Virus record (IMG/VR): IMGVR_UViG_3300020125_000155
Span: 1 to 64,000 of that record
Strand: one strand, 5' to 3'
Source: a virus
Length of the DNA stretch: 64,000 bases
Made by a program: the position numbers and the translations under genes. A model generated the notes under the pieces. It was not told the DNA's origin. It did no database searches and saw only the letters and a list, made by a program, of their open reading frames with translations. Of this stretch, positions 51,476 to 60,672 are shown in pieces. Position 1 is the stretch's first letter; each line of letters opens with the position of its first letter.

Positions 51476-51963
51476 CCGCGACCGTTAAGCCTTTGGAGGG
51501 CTCCCAATGCGCTTGCGCCCGCGTGGGGGTACACCCCCTGCGTCGTCTTTCCGTTAATCGTTACCGCCCCAGAGGCGATGGTGGGGCCGTACTCAGCCCC
51601 GCCGCCAACAAAACTACCCTTCAGGTTAGTCTGTATGGGTTTGGCATAAGTCTCCCCCACCTGCACATTGTCACGGAGGTCCGTGATCTTCAAATGGGAC
51701 ATCTCGGACACGGGGACACCAGCCATCGCCGCCGCCTGTTCGGCACGGGCGATAGACGAAGATTCCATCTCACGAAACACCTTGTCGGGCGTGTTGGTGG
51801 TAGCAGATCGTAACGATGGCATACGAATGACATCCCCCGGGTCATCCTCAAAGTCCTCCCCGCAGATGGGACAAGATTCCGGGTATGCCGTGGGGGAATA
51901 GAACTTCTCGCCGCACTCATGGCAGCGAATTCTTACGCGCGTCTTAGTACCGCCGCCCTGCAT
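51472..51963 (-). CDS. Zinc-ribbon protein (163 aa)
   Basis: The N-terminus is CHECGEKF...CPICGE (CxxC-N14-CxxC). It sits between TerL and the portal. Confidence 0.55.
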   Translation of the reverse strand: MQGGGTKTRVRIRCHECGEKFYSPTAYPESCPICGEDFEDDPGDVIRMPSLRSATTNTPDKVFREMESSSIARAEQAAAMAGVPVSEMSHLKITDLRDNVQVGETYAKPIQTNLKGSFVGGGAEYGPTIASGAVTINGKTTQGVYPHAGASALGALQRLNGRG

Positions 51964-53860
51964 ATCTCCAGCTATTCCTTAAAAGTTGCGCCTGAGAGGT
52001 TAATCTACCTACTTTTTTCGTCTTAAAAAAGTCCTCCAGGTGGTTCTGATTGAAAAGGGCTACCTGATCCACAATGCTAAGGCGTCGTCTTGATTCTTCC
52101 GCCTCTCTGGTCCGCTTCTGGGCGATAAGCCCGTTCATCACCTTAGTTTCCCAATAATGAACGGCCAAGGCCAGCGCAAACACCCTATCATCCTTCATTT
52201 TCCCGGGGGCTTTGATCGAATCGCCCTCCCGAGCAATGGTTTTCATCTCATCGACAGCCGAAAGACTACGTACATGCAGCTTGTCATTAGCCACAAAGTC
52301 ACGAAGTCTCTCCATGACGGTAACTTTTCGACCGATATTCGTAACCCAGTGCCAATTATAACCAGCACCCATAGAGTCAGGACGAGTGTAAATGTAAGTC
52401 CGTACATTGCGGAAGATATCCGCGATTCCCTTGTCCTGGACGATTGCTTGGTGTCGGGCTGCATCAATCTTCATCCTTAAGTTTTTGAGTTCGTTAAAGA
52501 CCGCTGTTCCGGGTCCGTTAAGCTCAAGGATGTATCGTATCTCGGCTCTATTTTGACCGTACCAGCCAAGTAATGTCGCAATGACCCATGCCAACTGATA
52601 CGTAGTAACCAGCGGCCAAGCATACTCCGCGACTTGATCCACCCCATCAGCGTAACAGCGTAGTACCTGTATAGAAGATCGGTCATTGTCCTCATTCTCC
52701 CCGAATGCAGGGTCCACCCCCATCACATACATGCCGTCCGGGTCCGGTTCCTCCCAGACTTTGAGTTCGGTCATCCTCATATTTTCGGCCTGATACACCC
52801 GCATGTCGGTGAATTCAGCACCGACCCAGAACATATAACCCTTGAACTTATTGGAGACGTGCGCGCGGGTTAGCTCAGTAAGCTTCTCTTGCGGGAAGAA
52901 TACGGAACCCGTCTGCTGGAAGGCTTCTCCCTCAGTCCAAGGTTGTTCTTGGATACGAATCGGAGAACCCTCATAGTCCGGTCCTCCCTCATCGCTCGCG
53001 TCAGCCGTTGGGTCCATCTTGCGACGAATCCAAGCAAGCTGTTCAACGGAGACATCGAAGCCGTAGAGTTCCTTAACGGTTTGTATCTTTTCAATTTCTT
53101 TTGTTGTTGGTGGCGCTTTACCGTACATACCAAAGTCGAGGGCATCGCGTTCTATCCTCTGTGAGTCTTTCGACCACCACCCTAAGAAGATACACTTTCT
53201 ATGCAGCGGGTCCTTACGCGCCTCCTGCCACATTTCCCACCAGCGATTATAGCCACGCGCAGTAGACTCCCTAATATAGAGTCGATCCGGGTTCGTGTCC
53301 GAGAGCGACTGTTCAAACGCCTCAAGCCCTTCATCGTTATCGTAGGAACACAATTCAGATAGAGTGGCGAGAGCGAGGCCAACGCTTCGGCCAAGCGTAC
53401 CTGAACTTTTGGATTTTCTAACTCCCGCAGACATGAAGAGGACGCCCGAGTTGTTGTAGAGCGTGAGGCCCGCCCGGTTGTTCGTCTTGATCTTGGGGAA
53501 TTTGAGCGTTTTCGGTAGCTCATTTATCATTACCTCCAATTCAGCCCGCGATTCCTGCTTGTTCTGGTCGGTATCAAAGACAATCGCGCCCTTCAGACCA
53601 GCAAACATGCCCTCAAAGAAGATAATCAGGGCCCGAACAAGGGTGCTGATACCCAACTGGCGGCTTTTGAGAATGTAAACGTCGTGGACATCCGCCTCTA
53701 AGGCGTCGAAAATCTGGGTAATAGCGTAGCGTTGCCCCCAATAGAGGCTTTCGCCTAGACAAACCCGCCCGTAGTCCTTGGAATTGATAAAACAGCGGTC
53801 GAGGAAGGCGTAAAACGCCCTCTCCATCGCCTGCCGTTTAGACTTTGACCATCCAGCCAT
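51944..53860 (-). CDS. terL: Terminase large subunit
   Basis: 638 aa. Deviant Walker A KSRQLGIS (lambda gpA type, Lys at the motif start). RNase-H-like nuclease acidic motifs MGVDPAFG and KDDRVFALALAVHY. Confidence 0.8.
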   Translation of the reverse strand: MAGWSKSKRQAMERAFYAFLDRCFINSKDYGRVCLGESLYWGQRYAITQIFDALEADVHDVYILKSRQLGISTLVRALIIFFEGMFAGLKGAIVFDTDQNKQESRAELEVMINELPKTLKFPKIKTNNRAGLTLYNNSGVLFMSAGVRKSKSSGTLGRSVGLALATLSELCSYDNDEGLEAFEQSLSDTNPDRLYIRESTARGYNRWWEMWQEARKDPLHRKCIFLGWWSKDSQRIERDALDFGMYGKAPPTTKEIEKIQTVKELYGFDVSVEQLAWIRRKMDPTADASDEGGPDYEGSPIRIQEQPWTEGEAFQQTGSVFFPQEKLTELTRAHVSNKFKGYMFWVGAEFTDMRVYQAENMRMTELKVWEEPDPDGMYVMGVDPAFGENEDNDRSSIQVLRCYADGVDQVAEYAWPLVTTYQLAWVIATLLGWYGQNRAEIRYILELNGPGTAVFNELKNLRMKIDAARHQAIVQDKGIADIFRNVRTYIYTRPDSMGAGYNWHWVTNIGRKVTVMERLRDFVANDKLHVRSLSAVDEMKTIAREGDSIKAPGKMKDDRVFALALAVHYWETKVMNGLIAQKRTREAEESRRRLSIVDQVALFNQNHLEDFFKTKKVGRLTSQAQLLRNSWRYAGRRY

Positions 53861-53948
53861 AGACTGCGACCGCTAGACCACCCACCAACAGCATCAGCAA
53901 CAACCAGCCGAACCACTGACCGCTATAATCCGGCTGGCGTTTCGACAT
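53838..53948 (-). CDS. Single-TM micro-protein (36 aa) overlapping terL start
   Basis: Hand translation gives MSKRQPDYSGQWFGWLLLMLLVGGLAVAVYGWMVKV. It overlaps terL by 23 nt. Confidence 0.25.
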   Translation of the reverse strand: MSKRQPDYSGQWFGWLLLMLLVGGLAVAVYGWMVKV

Positions 53949-54050
53949 CAACAGCCCTTACAGATCGACGGCGGCGCGGGCATAATCAGGTTGCAGTGGT
54001 CGATACCCTTTAGCTACCTCACCCAATCACTCTATAGCAGTTTTTCAGCA

Positions 54051-54299
54051 CTAGCGCCGCCCAAAACCAGCCGTATTTCGCTCTTGCTCCTGAAGCTTAT
54101 CGAGCATTGCCTTAACCTCAACTTGGAGCATAGCCCAGAAATGAACGGCTGTGCTGGACGGATCGGAATTGCGAATAGTCAAGCTAGACACCGCCTCTCC
54201 GCCGATTACCGGGGGGACAATCACATAAGCCCCGCCAAAATCATCCGGATTGCGCTCTATCTTCTCCGCCATCGCGGTAAACGGCTCACTTGGCTTCAT
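54051..54299 (-). CDS. Hypothetical protein (82 aa)
   Basis: ORF upstream of terL. Small-terminase candidate by position only. Confidence 0.4.
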   Translation of the reverse strand: MKPSEPFTAMAEKIERNPDDFGGAYVIVPPVIGGEAVSSLTIRNSDPSSTAVHFWAMLQVEVKAMLDKLQEQERNTAGFGRR

Positions 54300-54468
54300 T
54301 CTGAATCTCCGAAGCCAAGCGTAGAGCTACTGCACCGTAGGCCTCCATGGCTTGCGTGAAACCGCGCTGCTCCGCGTCAATGCAGAGAATACGGAAATTC
54401 TCGTACTTGCCCTTCTTGTAGAGAATACCAAACGCCTTCTTCAGTACGCCGTCCGGGTCAAGATTCAT
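54286..54468 (-). CDS. Hypothetical protein (60 aa)
   Basis: Coupled ORF. Confidence 0.4.
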   Translation of the reverse strand: MNLDPDGVLKKAFGILYKKGKYENFRILCIDAEQRGFTQAMEAYGAVALRLASEIQNEAK

Positions 54469-54680
54469 CGCAAATACCTATGGCTGTATTGGCCTTTTAT
54501 CTCTGAGTTTATCGCCTGACCTACACTCGGAGCATTGGCAACCTTCTGCGCCGTATCCTCCGGTACGCCCGTGTACACACTCACCCGACCTGAATTCCAC
54601 GTAATTTGGAGTTCTTCCGTACCCTCATCATACGCAACCTTTTGAACCATGCTTGAATACACATTTTGCTCCCAAGCCAT
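54465..54680 (-). CDS. KTSC-domain protein (71 aa)
   Basis: SSMVQKVAYDEGTEELQITWNSGRVSVYTGVPEDTAQKVANAPSVGQAINSEIKGQY follows the KTSC pattern. Confidence 0.5.
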   Translation of the reverse strand: MAWEQNVYSSMVQKVAYDEGTEELQITWNSGRVSVYTGVPEDTAQKVANAPSVGQAINSEIKGQYSHRYLR

Positions 54681-55192
54681 TACAAAGACTCATTACAATT
54701 GCATCTCGCAAACTCACCGAACAATCTTCTGGCCTCCATATCATAAGCAGCCGACGCATGTTCTTTTTCTTTATAACAACCAATATGGACTGCTTTCCCA
54801 TCAACATGAATACGAGCAACCCATTTCCTGATATCAGAATGCCACACAACACCCTTTACCCCAGACGTGTTATCCTTCCGCAGCGAAGCGTTCTGTAATT
54901 GCTGTGATCTAAACGCCTCACGGAGATTGCACAAACGATTATCCGACCTCTCCCCGTTAATATGGTCAATCTCCGCAACAGGCCACTTACCGTGATTATA
55001 AAACCACGCGAGACGATGGGCATAATACTTCCGGTCCAACACTCTTATCGTTCTATATCCATGGGGTTCTAGGGTGCCCAAAAACCAATCTTTCTTATAC
55101 CCATTACCCGGCGTAATCCATTTGAATCGCCCCGTCTGCGGATCATAGCGCAACAACAATAGCAACTCTTCGTGAGATATTAGCTTACCCAC
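54680..55192 (-). CDS. HNH-AP2 homing endonuclease
   Basis: GYRTIRVLDRKYYAHRLAWFYNHGKWPVAEIDHINGERSDNRLCNLREA, then SGVKGVVWHSDIRKWVARIHVDGKAVHIGCYKEKEHASAAY. Lower GC than its flanks. Confidence 0.8.
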   Translation of the reverse strand: MGKLISHEELLLLLRYDPQTGRFKWITPGNGYKKDWFLGTLEPHGYRTIRVLDRKYYAHRLAWFYNHGKWPVAEIDHINGERSDNRLCNLREAFRSQQLQNASLRKDNTSGVKGVVWHSDIRKWVARIHVDGKAVHIGCYKEKEHASAAYDMEARRLFGEFARCNCNESL

Positions 55193-55206
55193 TGGCGGGT
55201 GGTGTC

Positions 55207-55422
55207 TCAGTTTGATTGTGGCCGGAAACCGAACGCGCTCAAAATAATGATCGAAATAGTATGAAGACCGATGGCGATCATAGTCGCCATCGCAACTTCG
55301 CTAATTACGCTAGTTCTGATGATTTCACGGGATAGCCGCTCGTAGGTGGCGACCCCGATGAAAAAGAATAGGCCCGGAGTTAGCAGCAGGATAATTGCGA
55401 CGGTGGTCCACGCGATGGACAT
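55207..55422 (-). CDS. Membrane protein (71 aa)
   Basis: Two to three hydrophobic helices. Confidence 0.5.
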   Translation of the reverse strand: MSIAWTTVAIILLLTPGLFFFIGVATYERLSREIIRTSVISEVAMATMIAIGLHTISIIILSAFGFRPQSN

Positions 55423-55443
55423 CGGGCCACCGTAGTCAAGGAG

Positions 55444-55617
55444 CTATGCCGCCTCAGGCTCTCGCACGGGCGCGCGATGGGCCTCGATATATTCGACCAC
55501 ATTTTTGAGGTCGGCACCCTCTGTCCCTTTAGCGGAGGCAGAGATGGCCTCTTTGACCAGGTCGAGGTCACCGTCAGCGATCAACACGAGCTGGTCTATA
55601 AGCTCAGAGTTTTTCAT
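55444..55617 (-). CDS. Hypothetical acidic protein (57 aa)
   Basis: ATG 55617 within track ORF 55444..55629. Confidence 0.4.
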   Translation of the reverse strand: MKNSELIDQLVLIADGDLDLVKEAISASAKGTEGADLKNVVEYIEAHRAPVREPEAA

Positions 55618-55846
55618 TGTGACGAGCACAGCGAACCTCCACGAACCCTTTATTTAACGCGCTTATTACTGATTTGTTCACACCAGAATGGCATCGGCGG
55701 AGTCCGACCGCAAGGGCACCTTTTCGCCTTGACCACAATGCCGCGCCATCATCAAAACAAAGTTAAGGTACGCGGCTTTCCTGCAACAGTCTGGCGATAC
55801 TGTCCAAAGTCATATATGCTTACCGGCAAGCAAAGCAAGGTGGAAT

Positions 55847-56047
55847 ATGAAGAACGGCCCCGACAGCGAGCGCATGTCAGTTCGTATTCTGGACAAGAAC
55901 GGCGACGAGATTGTTTCGTTTTTTAGCGACAAACCTACCGGAGACCGGGGCGGCTTCTCGGCCAGTCTTCGAGATGCCCTCGTAGCGTTCCGCAAGAAAT
56001 ACCCGAAGACTCGCTTCATTGATGTTGAATTTACGGGGCGCGCTTGA
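55847..56047 (+). CDS. Hypothetical protein (66 aa), moron-like plus-strand gene
   Basis: AAGGTGG RBS. Coupled to the next gene. Confidence 0.5.
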   Translation: MKNGPDSERMSVRILDKNGDEIVSFFSDKPTGDRGGFSASLRDALVAFRKKYPKTRFIDVEFTGRA

Positions 56048-56277
56048 TGCCCCGAGGCCCCAAAGGCGAACGCCGCCCCGCCGACACCAACGCCGCCGCC
56101 GTAATGATCGGCAAGATCGCTACTGGCGAGCTTGCCGACGTGACCACGGATGAGGGCAAGAACGCCGCTGCCGTCGCCTTGGGCCGCATGGGCGGGAAGG
56201 CGCGAGCCGAATCAATGTCGGCCCGAAAGAGAAAAGAGATTGCTAAGAAAGCTGCGGCAACACGCTGGAAACGCTAA
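56047..56277 (+). CDS. Small basic protein with GRMGGKARAESMSARKRKEIAKKAAATRWKR tail
   Basis: TGATG coupling. The C-terminal GGKARA...R-EIA-KAA--RW motif is common in small plasmid and phage DNA/RNA-binding proteins. Confidence 0.5.
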   Translation: MPRGPKGERRPADTNAAAVMIGKIATGELADVTTDEGKNAAAVALGRMGGKARAESMSARKRKEIAKKAAATRWKR

Positions 56278-56298
56278 TAAAAATAGGATTTGTATATT

Positions 56299-56682
56299 TT
56301 AAATTGATTTTACAAAACAATCCGCTAAACTGAGACACCACCCACTGGCGTAATCCTCTCTTTTCTGGAGCATTAGCTGGTGGATCATGGGCAACAAAAC
56401 AGCATCGTCATCCTCTACCGATTCGTCCGAAAACAAAAGCATTGGTATTTTCAATAGCGGTTGTTTCATCTGACTATACCACGGACTATCAGGCGGCACC
56501 CTCCAGACCAGAATTCGCCTGCGGTCTCTCTTATGCGGACCCAATTGCAGGAATTCCAACTCGCACTCTTCCTCATATCTCATCGCCCGCTGTTTCGTCT
56601 TAGTCAAAAGCTTAGACGGCTGGCGAATCCGCGATTGTCGATCTTTGTGCGTAGCGAAAAACTCCTCATCGGTCATGTTCAA
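56299..56682 (-). CDS. Hypothetical protein (127 aa)
   Basis: ORF downstream of the second sugar cluster. Confidence 0.5.
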   Translation of the reverse strand: MNMTDEEFFATHKDRQSRIRQPSKLLTKTKQRAMRYEEECELEFLQLGPHKRDRRRILVWRVPPDSPWYSQMKQPLLKIPMLLFSDESVEDDDAVLLPMIHQLMLQKREDYASGWCLSLADCFVKSI

Positions 56683-56956
56683 TTACCGGCGCGTCTAGCT
56701 TACGTTGTTCTTTTGGCTTCTGGATAATATCTCGGGCCTTGTTCCGAATAACCCGAACCCATTTATCCAACGCATCGAGTGGGTAATCCCCGGTCGCCTT
56801 ATGCGATGCAACCGCCGCCTCCGCCAGCACTTCGGCCATTGCCTCTGCGTATTTAATGATTGCGTGTTGCGTCTGGACCGTACCGACTAAGTGACGCGCA
56901 TAACCGTCTAATTCGTCATCGGTCATTAGTAGTGGGTTTTTATTCAAGATATTCAT
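56666..56956 (-). CDS. Hypothetical protein (96 aa)
   Basis: ATG 56956, ATGA-coupled to the FkbM gene. Confidence 0.5.
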   Translation of the reverse strand: MNILNKNPLLMTDDELDGYARHLVGTVQTQHAIIKYAEAMAEVLAEAAVASHKATGDYPLDALDKWVRVIRNKARDIIQKPKEQRKLDAPVIEHDR

Positions 56957-57744
56957 ACCGCAACCTCCTTCCACACCTCCCCCACCGCGTATATGCTTGA
57001 AAACAGGATATTTGTGTTCATCATGGACGGGATAATCCTTGTCTGGGACGGAACCCGCGTCGGCAATGCACCGCTCTTATGCAGTAAAAACGTCTCGTAA
57101 TGGTGTTCCGCCATAAATTCTCGTAAGCGTTCCTGACTCGCCCCCAACAATGCCATGGCTTGCTCGTTCAATTCGGCCACAATGTACTGGCACTGGAGCT
57201 TATCCGCCGCGCCCAATAACGCCGCTTCCTCCGCGCCCTCAATATCTAGCTTAATAAAGTCTGCCTGCGGGTAATCAGCTAACGTAACGGAATCGTATTC
57301 CTTACACGCGCCGCCATTATTGCCAAGAGTATTGGTCCCCGGGTCCATCGCAAAATAAAATTTCACCTTTTCATGTGCCCGCCACAGCGGTTTGCGAACA
57401 ATCTCCACATTCTTAAGCTTATTCAGACTAATGTTTTGCTCAAGCTTCCAAAGATTGTTGTCGCCGGGTTCAATCGCCAACACTTTTCCTTTGTCGCCCA
57501 CCATTTTCGCCATGAGGACGCTGAAGAAACCGACATTCGCCCCGCCGTCGATCACAAACATCCCGGGCTTAATTACCCGTTGCATGACGTGAAGCAACTC
57601 GGGCTCACAGCAACCGTATAGCTGGAATTGTTCTACCATCCCCTTGTCGCAAGGGTTATCCGGATGATAGATCATCCTAAACTTGTACGTTACGCCATTA
57701 AGCGTGAACGATACGTCGTTTATTGACGACTTTGCTTGGAACAT
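56953..57744 (-). CDS. FkbM-family SAM-dependent methyltransferase
   Basis: VIDGGANVGFFSV, LAIEPGDNN and DFIKLDIEGAEEAALLG are FkbM signatures. Confidence 0.75.
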   Translation of the reverse strand: MFQAKSSINDVSFTLNGVTYKFRMIYHPDNPCDKGMVEQFQLYGCCEPELLHVMQRVIKPGMFVIDGGANVGFFSVLMAKMVGDKGKVLAIEPGDNNLWKLEQNISLNKLKNVEIVRKPLWRAHEKVKFYFAMDPGTNTLGNNGGACKEYDSVTLADYPQADFIKLDIEGAEEAALLGAADKLQCQYIVAELNEQAMALLGASQERLREFMAEHHYETFLLHKSGALPTRVPSQTRIIPSMMNTNILFSSIYAVGEVWKEVAV

Positions 57745-59119
57745 TCTTTTTCAGCCTGTTTTCTAGCGCAGCACAAATCCGGTCGAACACTGGACGCCAC
57801 TGAAGGTCCTCACCCTGCTTAAATACGCGATGCTTGGGAGCCCACAGAACATCCGTACCGTCATGCCCCACCCGGTAGTCCGGGCCCATAAAGCTATAAG
57901 GCATCCAGAACTCTTTGCCCGCCATTGAGCAAATATGCCCCAAGGCACTTTCACAGCCGATGACCAAATCTAGATTCTGAAGTAGCGACACCGTATCGCA
58001 CACGTCGCGGATATACGGAGACAAGCCTTTAATCACCGCCGTAGCGCCTATGGAGTTGGCTTCCTCGGCCCCTTCCCCAACCTGTAACGAATAAAGTTGC
58101 ACCCCCGGGACCCGCGCTAACTCCAAAAACTGCTGCACGGGGATCGAACGGTGTTCGTCAATGTCGTTTAGCTTGGAACCCCTCCACGCAATGCCGACGT
58201 TTAGCTTCTGGTCGGGGACCATCCACGTTGTCGGCATGTGAAACAGCGGCGGCTTGATCTGAGGAGTATTGCGTATCTCCTCATCCTCCAGCCCAAGCGC
58301 GAATGGCAGGCTAACAAATGTTGTCCACACATCGGCTTGGGGAAAGTTAGACCCGAACGGCAACAGATTGATATTCTTTATACCGATGAAGGCGTGCATA
58401 AACAGCCGCATCAACTCCGGTTGAACGTAGGCATGAATGTATTTCGCTTTTTTCGCCGCCTTTCCGACGAACCGAGCAAACGTAAGGGTGTCACCGAGCC
58501 CCTGATCTGCGACAAGAAATACAACCTTGCCCTCCTCGCCCTCCCACTTAGGATACGGGTATTGGAGGAACTGGTGGAGCCGCCACTTGAACCTGATTTC
58601 AAAGTGCTTGAATCCTTCCTTTAGCTTGCGGGCGAATAACAGGGAGAAAGCGTAAGCCGCCTCGTTAACCACGTCATCCGGTTCAAATTCGTATGCCTTT
58701 TTCGCGCATTGCAGGGCCTTTGCAGTTTCGTTTCTAAGGCCATGGACCTGAGACAGATTTAGCCACGCTTGATGGCAGTTCGGGTCAAGGTCTAACGCTT
58801 TCATTAGCGCATTGTAAGCTTCATCCATCCTTCCCGTCGTGAACAGACGCCACCCGAGATTGGAATATATCTTTATCAATTCATCGCGGTCTGTTTCGTG
58901 CTGCAACGCCTTTCTGTAGGCGGCAATGGCGGAGTGAAAATAGTTAAGGTCCGAACAATTATTGCCGTATTGGAACCAGCCGTGCGCCCACGTTGGGTCT
59001 ACGTCGCACGCAGAGGCAAATAACTGGAAAGCAGTCGTGGGGTTAGACGGCTTAGACTTGTCGTTTATAGTTTCGACTGCTTTATTGAAGAACTTGATTG
59101 CTGTTGCCCTATCGCCCAT
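57698..59119 (-). CDS. TPR-repeat / GT-B glycosyltransferase fusion (GT9- or GT41-like; FlmG/OGT-type architecture)
   Basis: The N-terminal ~170 aa contain TPR-like repeats (AIAAYRKALQHE, EAYNALMKALDLDPNCHQAW, KALQCAKKAYEFEP). The C-terminal half contains VADQGLGDTLTFARF and GCESALGHICSMAG, typical of TPR-linked heptosyltransferase-like GT-B domains. Confidence 0.6.
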   Translation of the reverse strand: MGDRATAIKFFNKAVETINDKSKPSNPTTAFQLFASACDVDPTWAHGWFQYGNNCSDLNYFHSAIAAYRKALQHETDRDELIKIYSNLGWRLFTTGRMDEAYNALMKALDLDPNCHQAWLNLSQVHGLRNETAKALQCAKKAYEFEPDDVVNEAAYAFSLLFARKLKEGFKHFEIRFKWRLHQFLQYPYPKWEGEEGKVVFLVADQGLGDTLTFARFVGKAAKKAKYIHAYVQPELMRLFMHAFIGIKNINLLPFGSNFPQADVWTTFVSLPFALGLEDEEIRNTPQIKPPLFHMPTTWMVPDQKLNVGIAWRGSKLNDIDEHRSIPVQQFLELARVPGVQLYSLQVGEGAEEANSIGATAVIKGLSPYIRDVCDTVSLLQNLDLVIGCESALGHICSMAGKEFWMPYSFMGPDYRVGHDGTDVLWAPKHRVFKQGEDLQWRPVFDRICAALENRLKKNVPSKVVNKRRIVHA

Positions 59120-60057
59120 GAAACTATCCTGAGTCCTTCTTCCAGAGTAACCAGTGGTTTGTAGTATTTGGAAAGCTCAGCCGTATCCGCTACCCGCGCA
59201 AACACGCCTTCCGGTTTGTATGGGTCATTTTTTATTACCGCGTCATGGCCCAGCATCTTGCACGTAATTTCGGCCAATTCCCGAAACGAGACCGCGCGAC
59301 CAGTTCCGAGATTGAGAGGCTTGCCGGATAACTCCTCTACATCCATCGTCTTTTCGACGGCATGAACCACGTCGTCTATCCAGATAAAATCCCTTAATTG
59401 CCCGCCAGAGCCCCAAACCACAACCGGATTTTCTTTGCTAACAATCCGCCTGACGATTGCGGGAACGGGGTAGGTTAAATCCTGATCCTCCCCGTACCCG
59501 CCGAACGGACGGTAAATACGAACATCGAGTCCGTAATGTTCGTGGGCGTACTTTGCTAGAAGCTCTCCGCTGAGTTTGGCCCAACCGTAGGTCATGTCGG
59601 GAAACTCAAAATCATCCGTCTCGTTAAATTCCAGGGCAATCTCGGGCAACGGGACGTTGTTATCCCTTTGCTGGAGACTGAGCGGATACACAGCGGAGGA
59701 CGAAAAATAAATTACCTTGGGCATTGTCTTAGATCGCACCACCCAATTGAACATCTCCGCATCAATCGAGAGGTCCGTGGCAACCGCCAATGGATCACTT
59801 TCGATATTCACCCTGCCCCCGACAACCGCCGCTAGATGCACCACAAGGTCAAACCGTGCAGACGAGTAGGCATGAAAGAAATCGCGCACGTCCATGTAGT
59901 GCAGATCGAATTTCTTTTCCGGCTGGTGCGGCCAATCATCCAGCGGCTTCCCGGAATAGAGGTTATCCACTACGACAACATCATGCCCAAGGTTAATCAG
60001 GCGATTGACAAACCGCCGTCCGACAAACCCGCAGCCTCCGGTAACTAGCGCTCTCAT
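59065..60057 (-). CDS. NAD-dependent sugar-nucleotide epimerase/dehydratase (extended SDR)
   Basis: 330 aa from ATG 60057 (ATGA-coupled). VTGGCGFVG Rossmann motif and the YGWAK catalytic Y-x-x-x-K. Confidence 0.75.
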   Translation of the reverse strand: MRALVTGGCGFVGRRFVNRLINLGHDVVVVDNLYSGKPLDDWPHQPEKKFDLHYMDVRDFFHAYSSARFDLVVHLAAVVGGRVNIESDPLAVATDLSIDAEMFNWVVRSKTMPKVIYFSSSAVYPLSLQQRDNNVPLPEIALEFNETDDFEFPDMTYGWAKLSGELLAKYAHEHYGLDVRIYRPFGGYGEDQDLTYPVPAIVRRIVSKENPVVVWGSGGQLRDFIWIDDVVHAVEKTMDVEELSGKPLNLGTGRAVSFRELAEITCKMLGHDAVIKNDPYKPEGVFARVADTAELSKYYKPLVTLEEGLRIVSWAIGQQQSSSSIKQSKL

Positions 60058-60245
60058 ACCGCCCCCTCCGCGCACATCAAATGGCACTTAGCCGGATCAA
60101 TGGCGGGAAAAAATACCACGCCGCCATACCTCGTAATACTGTAATGCCTCGGCACGCCCGTTTCCTTCGGATTGTTATTCCGCAATTGCCACATTTCCTC
60201 TTCGGTTATCAGGGTTATGGCCCTGTAGCTCTCAGGAAAAGACAT
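60054..60245 (-). CDS. Hypothetical protein (63 aa)
   Basis: Coupled ORF within the sugar cluster. Confidence 0.45.
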   Translation of the reverse strand: MSFPESYRAITLITEEEMWQLRNNNPKETGVPRHYSITRYGGVVFFPAIDPAKCHLMCAEGAV

Positions 60246-60672
60246 CCCAATTTCCCAAATCAGAAGGAAGGTCGGCGGCTAGGCAGTCAACCTTGAGGTC
60301 CTTTCGTTCTCCGAACGCTACCGCAAGATTGTTCTTTGCGGTGTTGCGAATTCCATTGACGCTGTGAGTCGCGCGAAGCAAATCCCCCTCATACGCCTTA
60401 TCCCCGTGGTAACTACCTTTCCGCACAACCGATTCATTTTCCCATATCCATCGGTTTGCCAACATGACCATCATAATCATCCGCAGATCGTAGGCGCGGA
60501 ACCGAAAGTCCTTCTCGCCGTGAAGCCGGTTTAGCTCCGAATTTATGTCTTGCTCAATCAGTCCGATTTCGGACAGATACGATTCGCGGTTTTCCCCAAT
60601 AAAGATTGACTTCAGCAATACGATGCTGAGTCGGTCAATCAATTCGGCAAGCGTGGGGAGATACTGTCTCAT
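60232..60672 (-). CDS. DUF4254-like protein (146 aa)
   Basis: LAELIDRLSIVLLK ... NRWIWENE ... HSVNGIRNTAKN resembles DUF4254, a family seen in sugar-modification clusters. Confidence 0.4.
   Translation of the reverse strand: MRQYLPTLAELIDRLSIVLLKSIFIGENRESYLSEIGLIEQDINSELNRLHGEKDFRFRAYDLRMIMMVMLANRWIWENESVVRKGSYHGDKAYEGDLLRATHSVNGIRNTAKNNLAVAFGERKDLKVDCLAADLPSDLGNWDVFS

Noticed and set aside
55847-56277. Toxin-antitoxin interpretation of the coupled 66/76-aa gene pair
   Set aside because: Neither protein shows a recognisable toxin or antitoxin fold motif. Only size and coupling fit.
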